From assembly GCA_036679605.1 (NCBI GenBank), contig JAZDCZ010000011.1:1-64000 (forward strand): a stretch of 64,000 nucleotides of DNA, read 5' to 3'. This document shows positions 49,110 through 58,068 of the stretch, piece after piece. Under the pieces are notes generated by a model that did not search any database, had not been told where the DNA came from, and worked only from the letters and a program-made list of their open reading frames with translations. The position numbers and the translations under genes were made by a program. How positions within the stretch are numbered: the stretch's first letter is position 1; the number at the start of each line of letters is the position of its first letter. This DNA comes from Gemmatimonadota bacterium (GTDB lineage Bacteria > Gemmatimonadota > Gemmatimonadetes > Gemmatimonadales > GWC2-71-9).

Positions 49110-49228
49110 CCCGTCTGTGTGTCGTGGCCAGCCTAGCCGGTATCCTACTCCGACCCTGGGTCTGGCGCCAGGCCGTGACCGGATCAGCCCACCAAACGAC
49201 AGCACTTCGGGGGGCCTCCCTTGTGGGA
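49110..49228 (+). ncRNA. Divergent structured element, copy C
   Basis: TGTCGT...CCACCAAACGACAGCACTT-GGGGGGCCTCC; different interior (CCGGT/ACCGG stem, GGTCTGG/CCAGGCC hairpin) of almost the same length. Confidence 0.4.
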
Positions 49229-49310
49229 ACTTGGTCCAAATCACAATCACCCCACACTCCGAGTCACTATTCAGAAAGCCTGCTGGTGTTTCAGCGGGAC
49301 CATCCGCAGT

Positions 49311-50546
49311 TTACTTAATTAGACGGTGAGCTCTGACGTGCTCGACGTCAAACTCGTCGCGCCAAATTCCCCAAATGGCATCGTCGGTGATCTGCATGAT
49401 CGCCAAGCCCACTGGAGTGGCGACAGTGGCAATGACAGTACCTGACGGACTAAACACCGTCCACGAAGGATCGTCGTGGCCCGGCCGCCGAGCCGCTTCC
49501 ACCCACACGTTGCCCAACGTGTCAACGACGAGCGCGGCAAACGCCGGCATCGTTTCGCGATGTGGTAGCCGGTCGAGAAGCTGGCGGCGGCGGCGACGCT
49601 GTTCCTCGGTGTCAAAGCTTGCCAGATCACGCTCCCGCAACGCCCTCACATCGTCGTCGGTGACGGGAATGTAATCATGCGCCAACGTCAATGAGGCCGT
49701 GGCCCGGCTCCCAAGTTCAAGACCCTGGATATTGTACGCGTCCGTGTTGCCAAGATACAGTACCTTCCGCGACACGGCCGCCCGTAATTCTCGGCCAAAG
49801 AACAGTTCGGCGGTCGAAAAGCCTCCGCTCCGATTCTTGAGTACGAAGCGTTCGGCACCGGCAAACGGCCCCAGGGTGTCTATTAGGACTCCCTTGGCAT
49901 CGAAGTGAAGATACGTAACGCTGTCGGTGAACAAGCCGGTCTGACTGGCATACATCGCGTCGACGTTTGGCCCGCGAGTTGCGACTAGCGAACCATCGTC
50001 AAAGGACCCAATAAGCTTTGGCAAAAAGCCAGGCAGAGGATCAAGGCGGAATCCGCGGGCATATCTTCCCTGGCTGTCGAAAACCGAGATTCGCGGCATC
50101 CGGGGATCCCAAACTCCAATCGAATCCCCACGGTAACGCCCCATCCACCAAAAACTCTTGAACTCGCCCGGTCCACCTCCCTCACGACCGCTGCTGGAAA
50201 GAAACCGGCCTTCGCTGTCAAAGAACCGCAACTCCCTTGTACCACCATTGCCCACCACTATTCGACCGTCAGGCATGAGCAAAATCGCACGCACGAGAAA
50301 GAACTCCTCGTTCAGATCGCCGGTGTCGCCGATAGTTAGAAACGGTCGCGGTGCAACGTCCCATCGCCACCCTTGGAGAGCGGCATCACCCCGATCGGTA
50401 GCGCCCGTGCGGCGCCCGTGTGAAGGACTAAAACCAAACAACAATGCGATAAGGACCGCGGCTCCATAGAGGTGCACACGGCGATCTGGCTGGGAATTCC
50501 TTCGAAACCGGATACGGAAAAGCTGTCCGCACATCGAAAACCTCAC
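49311..50546 (-). CDS. 6-bladed beta-propeller protein (apparently intact)
   Basis: GREGGGPGEF, DSIGVWD, VDTLGNVWV, WRDEFDVEHV. Confidence 0.85.
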   Translation of the reverse strand: MRFSMCGQLFRIRFRRNSQPDRRVHLYGAAVLIALLFGFSPSHGRRTGATDRGDAALQGWRWDVAPRPFLTIGDTGDLNEEFFLVRAILLMPDGRIVVGNGGTRELRFFDSEGRFLSSSGREGGGPGEFKSFWWMGRYRGDSIGVWDPRMPRISVFDSQGRYARGFRLDPLPGFLPKLIGSFDDGSLVATRGPNVDAMYASQTGLFTDSVTYLHFDAKGVLIDTLGPFAGAERFVLKNRSGGFSTAELFFGRELRAAVSRKVLYLGNTDAYNIQGLELGSRATASLTLAHDYIPVTDDDVRALRERDLASFDTEEQRRRRRQLLDRLPHRETMPAFAALVVDTLGNVWVEAARRPGHDDPSWTVFSPSGTVIATVATPVGLAIMQITDDAIWGIWRDEFDVEHVRAHRLIK

Positions 50547-50873
50547 GAAATAAAGTTGGTGTCGATGTCAGCGCCGAGGGAGCCGACATATGCTAAGGGA
50601 TCAATTACCCCAGAAGGGGCGTGTTTGTTACCAAGTTCGTCATCCGCTACGCGCACGGAGCTTCGCGTGGGTGACGTGATTGAGGACTATGCCCCGAGGA
50701 CCTTCAGGCTCAATCGGCTGGCAGAGCGCTCGTGTTGCCGACTTGACCGTTCGCCGGGGAGACTCGCATATCGTCATCGAGGTTAATCCGTGGATGTCTC
50801 GGGGTGGCTGGCACCGCGGTTTGATCGGGGACCCCGATTTGGTCGGTTGGTTCTTCCGGTAGGCCGGCATTTA

Positions 50874-50900
50874 TGGGGGCCTCCGGCATTAGTGGGAGCC
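50874..50900 (+). repeat. Hairpin repeat, copy E
   Basis: TGGGGGCCTCCGGCATTAGTGGGAGCC, just after a short ORF ending at 50862. Confidence 0.75.
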
Positions 50901-50959
50901 TGTCGCGTTTCGAACTTTCTGAAGCACTGGTCAAATGAAGTATCCGGGCTTGATTGACA

Positions 50960-51174
50960 GCGCCGACGAGGGCCGGTAGCAGAAATAAGTCGGCCGGGAC
51001 GAATCTCGATCTTGCGTTCGCGCTTCGCAGCAGCGCGTCGGAGTAAAACCTGCTGAGAATCCTCTTGTCCAGCAAATCCCCACCTACGTCTTCAACTCCT
51101 CTAAGAAATGCGCGACTCCAAAACCGGAGGGTGCAGGTTGATCTTCGGATTATCGTTCCGACGATCCTCGGCAC
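50960..51174 (-). pseudogene. Decayed C-terminal fragment of a hypothetical protein
   Basis: DLLDKRILSRFYSDALLRSANARSRFVPADL resembles a YS..L.S..AR..FV.PDL tail. Confidence 0.4.
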
Positions 51175-51200
51175 GCCTTCCTAACACCCGCGCGACAAGT

Positions 51201-51935
51201 CTATTCGCCATGCCCCAGAACGTAGATGACCCAAGGAGCTATCGCGGTCTCGCTCACCCACGAGTACGGTTCCGTCTGATTCGCCAAGGGCCAGCAGGTC
51301 TTGATCGGCACCAACTCCGCGCGCTTGTACACCTCATCGTAGTCCTGGTGCGTCCAGAGAATGTCCTCAACGGGGCGCTTGTCCTCCACGTCAAGCATCA
51401 CAATCCGTACCTTATCCCCGCTCGCCGCAGTGCGGTTCTCAGGAAAGTCCTTCGTGGAGAAGGAGGCCCATTCGTTGACGTAGATCTCCGGGGACGAGAC
51501 AAGATTCACGATGCGCCCCCCGTCCTTCAGCAGATGCTTCAAGGACCGGAAGAGCGCGACTTTCTTCTCCATCGTGGGGATATTGTCAAAGGTGAACGCG
51601 GACAGCGCGAGATCAAAGGTGCCCGACGCTAACTCGCTGAGGTCGCCGTCATGCACGAGACGATACTCCCCCTGCGGGTCACGCTCCCGAGCCTGTGCGA
51701 TCATGTGCTCCGCGATGTCAACTCCCACCACCGGATCGAAGCCGAGTTCAAGCAAGAACCGCGTCGAACGTCCCGTTCCGCACCCGAAGTCCAGGGCCTT
51801 CGTGCCTTGGATGTGGGCGCCAATAATCGCCGGCAAATCCCGGTAAGCCAAGTAGTATGTCCCGGGGAACTCGAGCTTGGCGTAGGCGTCCGCACGCGCC
51901 TTGTCGTCGTAGACGTTGGAGAACTCTGCGTTCAT
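51201..51935 (-). CDS. Class I SAM-dependent methyltransferase
   Basis: ALDFGCGTGRSTRFL, GVDIA, FDL.LS.FTFDN. Confidence 0.9.
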   Translation of the reverse strand: MNAEFSNVYDDKARADAYAKLEFPGTYYLAYRDLPAIIGAHIQGTKALDFGCGTGRSTRFLLELGFDPVVGVDIAEHMIAQARERDPQGEYRLVHDGDLSELASGTFDLALSAFTFDNIPTMEKKVALFRSLKHLLKDGGRIVNLVSSPEIYVNEWASFSTKDFPENRTAASGDKVRIVMLDVEDKRPVEDILWTHQDYDEVYKRAELVPIKTCWPLANQTEPYSWVSETAIAPWVIYVLGHGE

Positions 51936-52781
51936 CTTGACTTCCTCTGAGCCGCAGCCGGCCAACTCGCGGCGCGACGCCTGTCTCCCCAGTAGGGTTT
52001 GAGAAAGTCCTTCCGGCGCGGCGGGATTGCCCGCTCCTCACCTGTGTATGTCACTGTGCACGGGACAGAAAGTCGTCCATGCTCAGCTCGTAACCCGTCT
52101 TTCCGGGCTGGACGTCCTCCAGAAATGGAGCCCGGTGCTGGTCCTTAACCGTCGCAAGCTCGCGTACCTCGTACCTGCACCAGGTCGACTGTGCAGAGGC
52201 CAGGGTCACGTGCAGCAACAAGAGTGGCAGCGTCGTCAGCAAACTAGCAATCCTGAACACAGTCTTCCGTGCAGACAAGCTAACCCCAATATGCTCGGCC
52301 CGTCCATCAGGATAGTCTTCTACATCACAGTCTGGCTCGTTGGAAAGCGGGGAAGGGGTCGGCTCAGTGCCGGCGCCTTTGTTTCCGTAACCTCGTCACC
52401 CTCCGGGTTACGATCGGCCGCACAAGCGATTCTCGGGCGTCGGTTAACGACGTACGAACCATCCGAAAGCCGGCTAGATCGTAGGTGTATGGCATGCTCT
52501 CCGCCCTCGGGTGGACCCAAGACGGCGACCTCCGTTGTCGGTACGAAGATCATGCGAAGTAGTGGTCATTGCAAGGATCCAATTGGCATCTCGACAAGGA
52601 TATCAATTGGACCGAGCCCCTTCGTTATTGAGAATGCGCGGACCGGACATACGTGTTGGTCGACGGACGGTCTCTATCCGTAAGTAGACACAGTCGTCGC
52701 GCGAAAGGTTGCGCGGTTCCGCCCCCGGTGTCGTGCCGGATCGATCGGACCGTTACGGTGGCACCATGTATGCCTGCGGGA

Positions 52782-52973
52782 GTTGAGTGGCCACCCCAAT
52801 GTTGCTGCGATTGGTCCCTTGCGGGTCACGGAGAACTGGAGAACTTGGTTCTCTAACTCTGGTTGTTGCGGTGAGCTCTGAGTTGCGAGATAGCAATGCC
52901 AGGATTACCAGGACTATGGTGCGGCGGCTTCGTGGGCACTGATAATGCAGCTCCAACCGCGCGGCGTGGAAGC
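52782..52973 (+). mobile_element. Direct repeat copy 1, probable degenerate IS (IS4-like) left end
   Basis: About 190 bp similar to 54868-55059; the first ~70 bp are nearly identical. Confidence 0.5.
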
Positions 52974-53003
52974 TTGGGACCTGAAGGGAGTATTGAAGGT
53001 ATC

Positions 53004-53512
53004 ATGAGACCGCTGAATCTGTTCAGGAGAATCGCAGTCGCGGTAGGACTTGCGATCGTCCTTGCGGCCGCGGCGCCGGAGGGCGTTCTGGCGCTGTGGC
53101 GGCGGTGGGTTCCGACATCCTGCCGACCTGGTTGGCGGGGCACTGGGAGGGATCGGGCTTCGGCGGTGTGGTCGAGGAGACGTGGACACCTCCTAGTGGC
53201 GAGACGATGCTAGGCACGTTCCGTCTGAGTGTTGGGGGCAGAGCACAGCTCTTCGAGTTTATGGTGCTGTCCGTCGAGGACGGACAGCCCGTAATCCGCG
53301 TAAAGCATTTCAATGCCGACGGGTCTCCGTGGGAGGACCGCGACGAGTGGGTCATGTTTCCGTTCGAGAGGTCCTCGGAGCATGCGATCTTTTTCGGAGG
53401 CCTCACCTACGAGCTGTTGGGCGACGACCGACTGCGGGTGGCAGTGTCGGTCGGGCATGCCGATGGAACAGCCGAGGTTGCGGAACTGCGCTTGCGAAAG
53501 GTCACGCCCTGA
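53004..53512 (+). pseudogene. DUF6265-like secreted protein, frameshifted after the signal peptide
   Basis: Signal peptide MRPLNLFRRIAVAVG is in a different frame from WLAGHWEG...EETWTPPSGETMLGTFR...KHF. Confidence 0.65.
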
Positions 53513-53528
53513 TGACTCAGGAGGCTGC

Positions 53529-54101
53529 ATGCATAGTCAACCTGTTCACGCGCCCGACGGGCTCGGGTCAGCTCACCCCACAGACGCCATTGTGAGCATC
53601 ATCGGTGTCCTGTTTCTATTCCTCACTCCCGGTCTCTCGGCCCAAGGCAGGGGGGCGAACCCCGACGATGTCGGATCGATCGATGGGATCATTGCTGCCT
53701 TCTATGATGTAATCTCAGTGGAGGCCGGCGAGAAGCCGGATTGGACTCGGGACAGTACGCTCTATCTTCCGGGCGTCCGGTTCGTGCCGCTGCGACGGAC
53801 GCCCGAGGGCACGAGGGTCGCGAACGTGATAAGCCACGCGCAGTTCGCGGCGAGTTCCGAAGGGTTCTTGGCGCAGGGGTTCGTCGAGCGGGAGATTCAC
53901 CGGGTGACCCAACGATTCGGTGATCTCGCGCATGTGTTCAGCACGTACGAATACCGCAGGACCCTCGACACGCCAGTCCTCGGTCGGGGGATCAATAGCA
54001 TACACCTCTTCTTCGACGGCGACCGATGGTGGATCACGGGAGCCACCTGGATGGACGAGTCGCCCGAGCAACCCATCCCGGAGGAATACCTGCCGCAGTG
54101 A
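53529..54101 (+). CDS. Secreted NTF2-like hypothetical protein
   Basis: DVGSIDGIIAAFYDVIS...F.E.EI.R....FG.LAHVFSTYE...RGINSI.L..DG.RWWI; AGGAGG RBS. Confidence 0.8.
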   Translation: MHSQPVHAPDGLGSAHPTDAIVSIIGVLFLFLTPGLSAQGRGANPDDVGSIDGIIAAFYDVISVEAGEKPDWTRDSTLYLPGVRFVPLRRTPEGTRVANVISHAQFAASSEGFLAQGFVEREIHRVTQRFGDLAHVFSTYEYRRTLDTPVLGRGINSIHLFFDGDRWWITGATWMDESPEQPIPEEYLPQ

Positions 54102-54479
54102 GAACGACCCGAATCAAGCAAGCGAGCCTGCACCTAGTCTCTGTCTCGGCTAGTGCGCCCGGTGACTTAGACGCACGGCCCGAGCGTTTGATTGCGGCGT
54201 CGACGTGCGGTCACGTCTCGGAAGGTCGGCGACACGCGACCCCAATTGGCATCCCTGAATGGAACGAAGATTGGAATCTTGAGCCGGTGAAGTCCTCGAG
54301 CGGCACGGCTAGCGGATCCCGGCCGATTTTTCCCTGGTAAGGAGTCGCCTCCGCTACCATGAATCACGCTAGGTACGTGGTTGCATTCCGCGCTGTGGAC
54401 GGGGCGGGCGGCTTCGACATCGGAGAACCGGCCCAACACCTGGACGGTCGATGTCGCGAGTCCCGGACGGGTCAAGACA

Positions 54480-54742
54480 CTGGGTATCGACGGGCCGACC
54501 TGGTGGCGGCTCTGTCAGAGGCGGCCGGCACCGACCTGGAGGCACTCTATGTCGACCTCGTCGAGACCGCAGGCGTGCTTGACTACGACGCCCTGCTACG
54601 CGGTAGCGGCCTTGCGGTCCGCCAGACGGACGAATCGAGCTACCAGCTGGTGATCACGGAGCCTTCAGGCCGGTCCCTGCTTGAGGCCATAACCGCTCCC
54701 GTGTCAGCCGCGTTTCCCGACCCTATCGGTAACCGGCGGTGA
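54480..54742 (+). pseudogene. C-terminal fragment resembling M61/M1 peptidase tail
   Basis: ADLVAALSEAAGTDLEALYVDLVETAGVLDYDALLRGSGL. Confidence 0.35.
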
Positions 54743-54867
54743 AGCGAATGAGAATACCGGGCGACCGGAAACCCTCTGCGCAAAAATGCGAGTCGTGGTC
54801 GAGTTTGGCGCGTGCGATGAACTAGGACGCACCGAAACTATAGACCGTGCGTCGTGAGCGACGCACG

Positions 54868-55260
54868 GTTGAGTGGCCACCCCAATGTTGCTGTGATTGG
54901 TCCCTTGCGGGTCACGGCGAACTGGAGAACTTGGTTCTCGAACTCTGGTTGTTTCGGTCAGGTCTGAGTTACGAGATACGAATGCCTGGGTTTCCGGAGG
55001 AGTGCGGTCGACGGCTTCGTGGGCGCTGATGATGCAGCTCCCACCGCACGCCTGGAAGCACGCGCGGAGATCCTAAATTCAGCACGCGATGCAAGGGAGC
55101 TGGAAGAAATCTCCGAGGAGCTGTTTCAGGCGATAGCGCCATCCGTCCAGATATGGTCGCCATCCGAAACGCCTGCCGTCGCCCAAGGAGGCTGGCAACT
55201 GCATCAACTGGGAAGAGTGCTACTGTGGTCGGCCAGCAGTGTCAGGGCTGAGTACGGTGC
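54868..55260 (+). mobile_element. Direct repeat copy 2 with decayed transposase-like 5' segment (IS4-like)
   Basis: Repeat of 52782-52973. Across frameshifts it reads VDGFV/ALMMQLP/..KS(P)EELFQA/..YCG, resembling IS4-group N-termini. Confidence 0.4.
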
Positions 55261-55574
55261 GACCCACCGGCGTTGTTGCATGGCTCGGAACTGAGCCCAG
55301 GTGCGACGACGACGACGGGTTCAAGCATGTGACGCTCGGAGCTGGAGGGAAAGTCTCCTAATATCGTGTTCTCTAACGCCGCTCTTCGACAACGCGGTCA
55401 ACGGGATCATTTCCGGCATTTTCGCCGCGACCGGGCAGACGAGCATCGTATTGGTACACTGGGTAACAAACAGGTCCCTTCTGGGGTAACGAGTGCGTTA
55501 GCACACGTCGCGTTGACCGAAGTGATCGTTTAATAGAGACTCAAGCACGTGACCATATGAAACGAGGTGTAAGG

Positions 55575-57956
55575 ATGAGCAGATTTCTTTACGTCGGAGC
55601 TATCACAATTCTCGCCACTACATCGCTCGAGGCGCAGCAGTTCGGTTCCTACGCCGCGATCCGCGATGGCGAGATTTTCATCAGCGAGCCGTTTAACCGC
55701 ACCGATGGAGCCACGGTTTACATCTACCGCCGTGCCGGGAGTGGTTGGGAGCAAACGGGCACCTTGAAGGCTCCGGATCACGAGGGCGGCGACTATTTTG
55801 GGCGGTTTGTCGCCCTGGACGACCGGTCGCTGATCATCGGGGGCACGCTCATGGATTCGAGTACGGGCTCCGCGTGGGCCTACCACCGGAACGGGGGTGA
55901 TTGGGAGTTGGTGGATATGATGCGACCGGATGACGTCGTGGCCGGCGATTCGTTCGGGCGCTTCGGGCTCCTGCACGGTAACCTCTTGTTTATGTCCGCC
56001 CTCGGACACAACGAAAGCCGCGGTGCGGTGTGGGTTTTCCATCGCGACGACAGCGGCAAGTGGACCCAAGAAGCCAAGCTAGCGCCGGACAGTGCTCAGC
56101 CGCAGGAATTTTTCGGCTGGTCGCTCGCATTTGACGGTGAGCGGCTTTTGACCGGCGCGATCCAATCGAGCCAGGAGTTGCAACGACGCGGTGCGGCATA
56201 TGTATTCAAACGCAACGGGCCAGGCGATTGGACCCAGGAGGCGAAACTCGCGCTCGATGACGAAGAGTCCAACCCGGGCGACTCGTTCGGCTTCGCGGTG
56301 GCCTGGCTCGACGGCAATGCCCTTGTTGGTGCGCCCGGTCGAGAAAATGGCACGGGCGAGGTGTTCACCTTCAGTCGACGGACAGGGGAGTGGGTCGCGG
56401 GCGTCACGCTGAGCGCCTCTGACCGAGTGCGCGGCAATCGGTTTGGAAGCAGCATTGTCTCGAGCGAGCGAGAGCTTTGGATCGGCGCGCCAAATGCGGA
56501 CGCATCGGGGCGCGTGTACAGCATCGAGTACGATGCCGAGACCGATCTTTTCGGGGACGTGAACAAACTAGCCGGATTGGACCGGGATGTCGGCGACGGA
56601 TTTGGTAATACGATCACGGTCGCCGGAAACCTCGCGGTCGTTGGTGCCACCAATGACGATTTTGGCCTCGGCTCCGCTGTCGTGTTAGAGCGGGCCGGTG
56701 GATCATGGAGTGCGGTCGAGAAATTGTTGGGCCCGACGCCCAAGGGTCTCGACCCGATCGTTGCCGACGAAGTCAAGTGTTCTGACGGTCAAGCCGACCA
56801 GTTCGAATGCAAGCAGGTCGACATTCTCTCCTTCCTGCCAGTCCAGGCGATCGGCGGCGGGCGTGGGGCCAATACGAATGACGTGTGGGGTTGGACCGAC
56901 CCGCAGTCGGGCAATGAATATGCGATCGTTGGTCGCACGGACGGCACTGCCTTCATCAACGTTACGAATGCGATGAATCCGGTTTACCTCGGTAATCTTC
57001 CGAAGACCCCGGGCTCCCGTGGGAACTTGTGGCGCGATATCAAGGTGTATGATAACCACGCCTTCATAGTGGCTGATGGTGCGGGGCAACATGGAATGCA
57101 GATTTTCGATCTCACTCGGTTGCGTAATGTCCCGAATGCTCCTGTAACGTTTGACATAGATGCGCGTTACGACGGCGTTGCCTCGGTGCACAACCTCGTT
57201 ATCAACGACAAAACGGGGTTTGCGTACGCAGTTGGTTCGAGCGGTGGCGGTGAGACATGTGGTGGCGGACTCCACATGATAGATATTCACAATCCGACCC
57301 AACCAGTATTTGTTGGCTGCTTCGCCGACACGACGACGGGTAGGCGCGGAACGGGGTACTCGCACGACGGCATGTGCATCGTTTACAACGGGCCCGACAC
57401 CGAGCACCTGGGCAAGGAGATCTGTTTCGGCTCGAACGAGAATGCGCTAGCGATTGCCGACGTCTCGGACAAGCAGAACCCCGTGGCGATTTCGTCCGCC
57501 GATTATCCCAACGTTGCGTATGCACACCAGGGGTGGATCAGCGAAGACCACAGATTCTTCTTCATGGGCGACGAGGGCGATGAATCTAACTCCGTTCAGG
57601 CCGGTCAGCCGATGTCCGGTAACAGAACACTCATCTGGGATATAGAGGATCTCGACGATCCGTTGATGGTGAAGGAACACTTCGGTGAGGCGTTCACGAT
57701 CGATCATAACCTGTACATCAAAGGAAACTTGATGTATCAGTCGAATTATACGAGCGGACTCAGGATCTTGGACATAAGCGAGCCCGAGAATCCGAAGGAA
57801 GTGGGTTTCCTCGACACCGTGCCGTGGAACGATGCAATGGGGTTCGACGGCTCGTGGAGCAACTACCCGTTCTTCGAGAGCGGCACGATCGTGGTTTCGA
57901 GCGGCAAGGAAGGTGTGTTCTTCCTCAAGTACCGGCCACTCATGATGGTGCCGTAG
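55575..57956 (+). CDS. Choice-of-anchor B family protein with N-terminal FG-GAP repeats
   Basis: Repeated GDxFG/GAP units; NDVWGWTDP..G.EYA, WRDIKVY..HAFIVAD, YAHQGW, DHNLY, SNYTSGLRILD, GSWSNYPFF.SG. Confidence 0.9.
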   Translation: MSRFLYVGAITILATTSLEAQQFGSYAAIRDGEIFISEPFNRTDGATVYIYRRAGSGWEQTGTLKAPDHEGGDYFGRFVALDDRSLIIGGTLMDSSTGSAWAYHRNGGDWELVDMMRPDDVVAGDSFGRFGLLHGNLLFMSALGHNESRGAVWVFHRDDSGKWTQEAKLAPDSAQPQEFFGWSLAFDGERLLTGAIQSSQELQRRGAAYVFKRNGPGDWTQEAKLALDDEESNPGDSFGFAVAWLDGNALVGAPGRENGTGEVFTFSRRTGEWVAGVTLSASDRVRGNRFGSSIVSSERELWIGAPNADASGRVYSIEYDAETDLFGDVNKLAGLDRDVGDGFGNTITVAGNLAVVGATNDDFGLGSAVVLERAGGSWSAVEKLLGPTPKGLDPIVADEVKCSDGQADQFECKQVDILSFLPVQAIGGGRGANTNDVWGWTDPQSGNEYAIVGRTDGTAFINVTNAMNPVYLGNLPKTPGSRGNLWRDIKVYDNHAFIVADGAGQHGMQIFDLTRLRNVPNAPVTFDIDARYDGVASVHNLVINDKTGFAYAVGSSGGGETCGGGLHMIDIHNPTQPVFVGCFADTTTGRRGTGYSHDGMCIVYNGPDTEHLGKEICFGSNENALAIADVSDKQNPVAISSADYPNVAYAHQGWISEDHRFFFMGDEGDESNSVQAGQPMSGNRTLIWDIEDLDDPLMVKEHFGEAFTIDHNLYIKGNLMYQSNYTSGLRILDISEPENPKEVGFLDTVPWNDAMGFDGSWSNYPFFESGTIVVSSGKEGVFFLKYRPLMMVP

Positions 57957-58068
57957 CGACGGAATTTGGCAGGGTGCATTGCCGCGGATACAAAAAGGAA
58001 CTGGTCACGGTTCCAACATCATGCGCGAGATCGGGTGCGACATTCGGCATGTGGCGTGCTGCGGCGCC

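Noticed and set aside
47253..50900. CRISPR array or integron attC array
   Set aside because: Spacing is irregular (0.4-1.7 kb) and contains genes. No cas or intI gene, and no RYYYAAC/GTTRRRY box pairs in the repeats.
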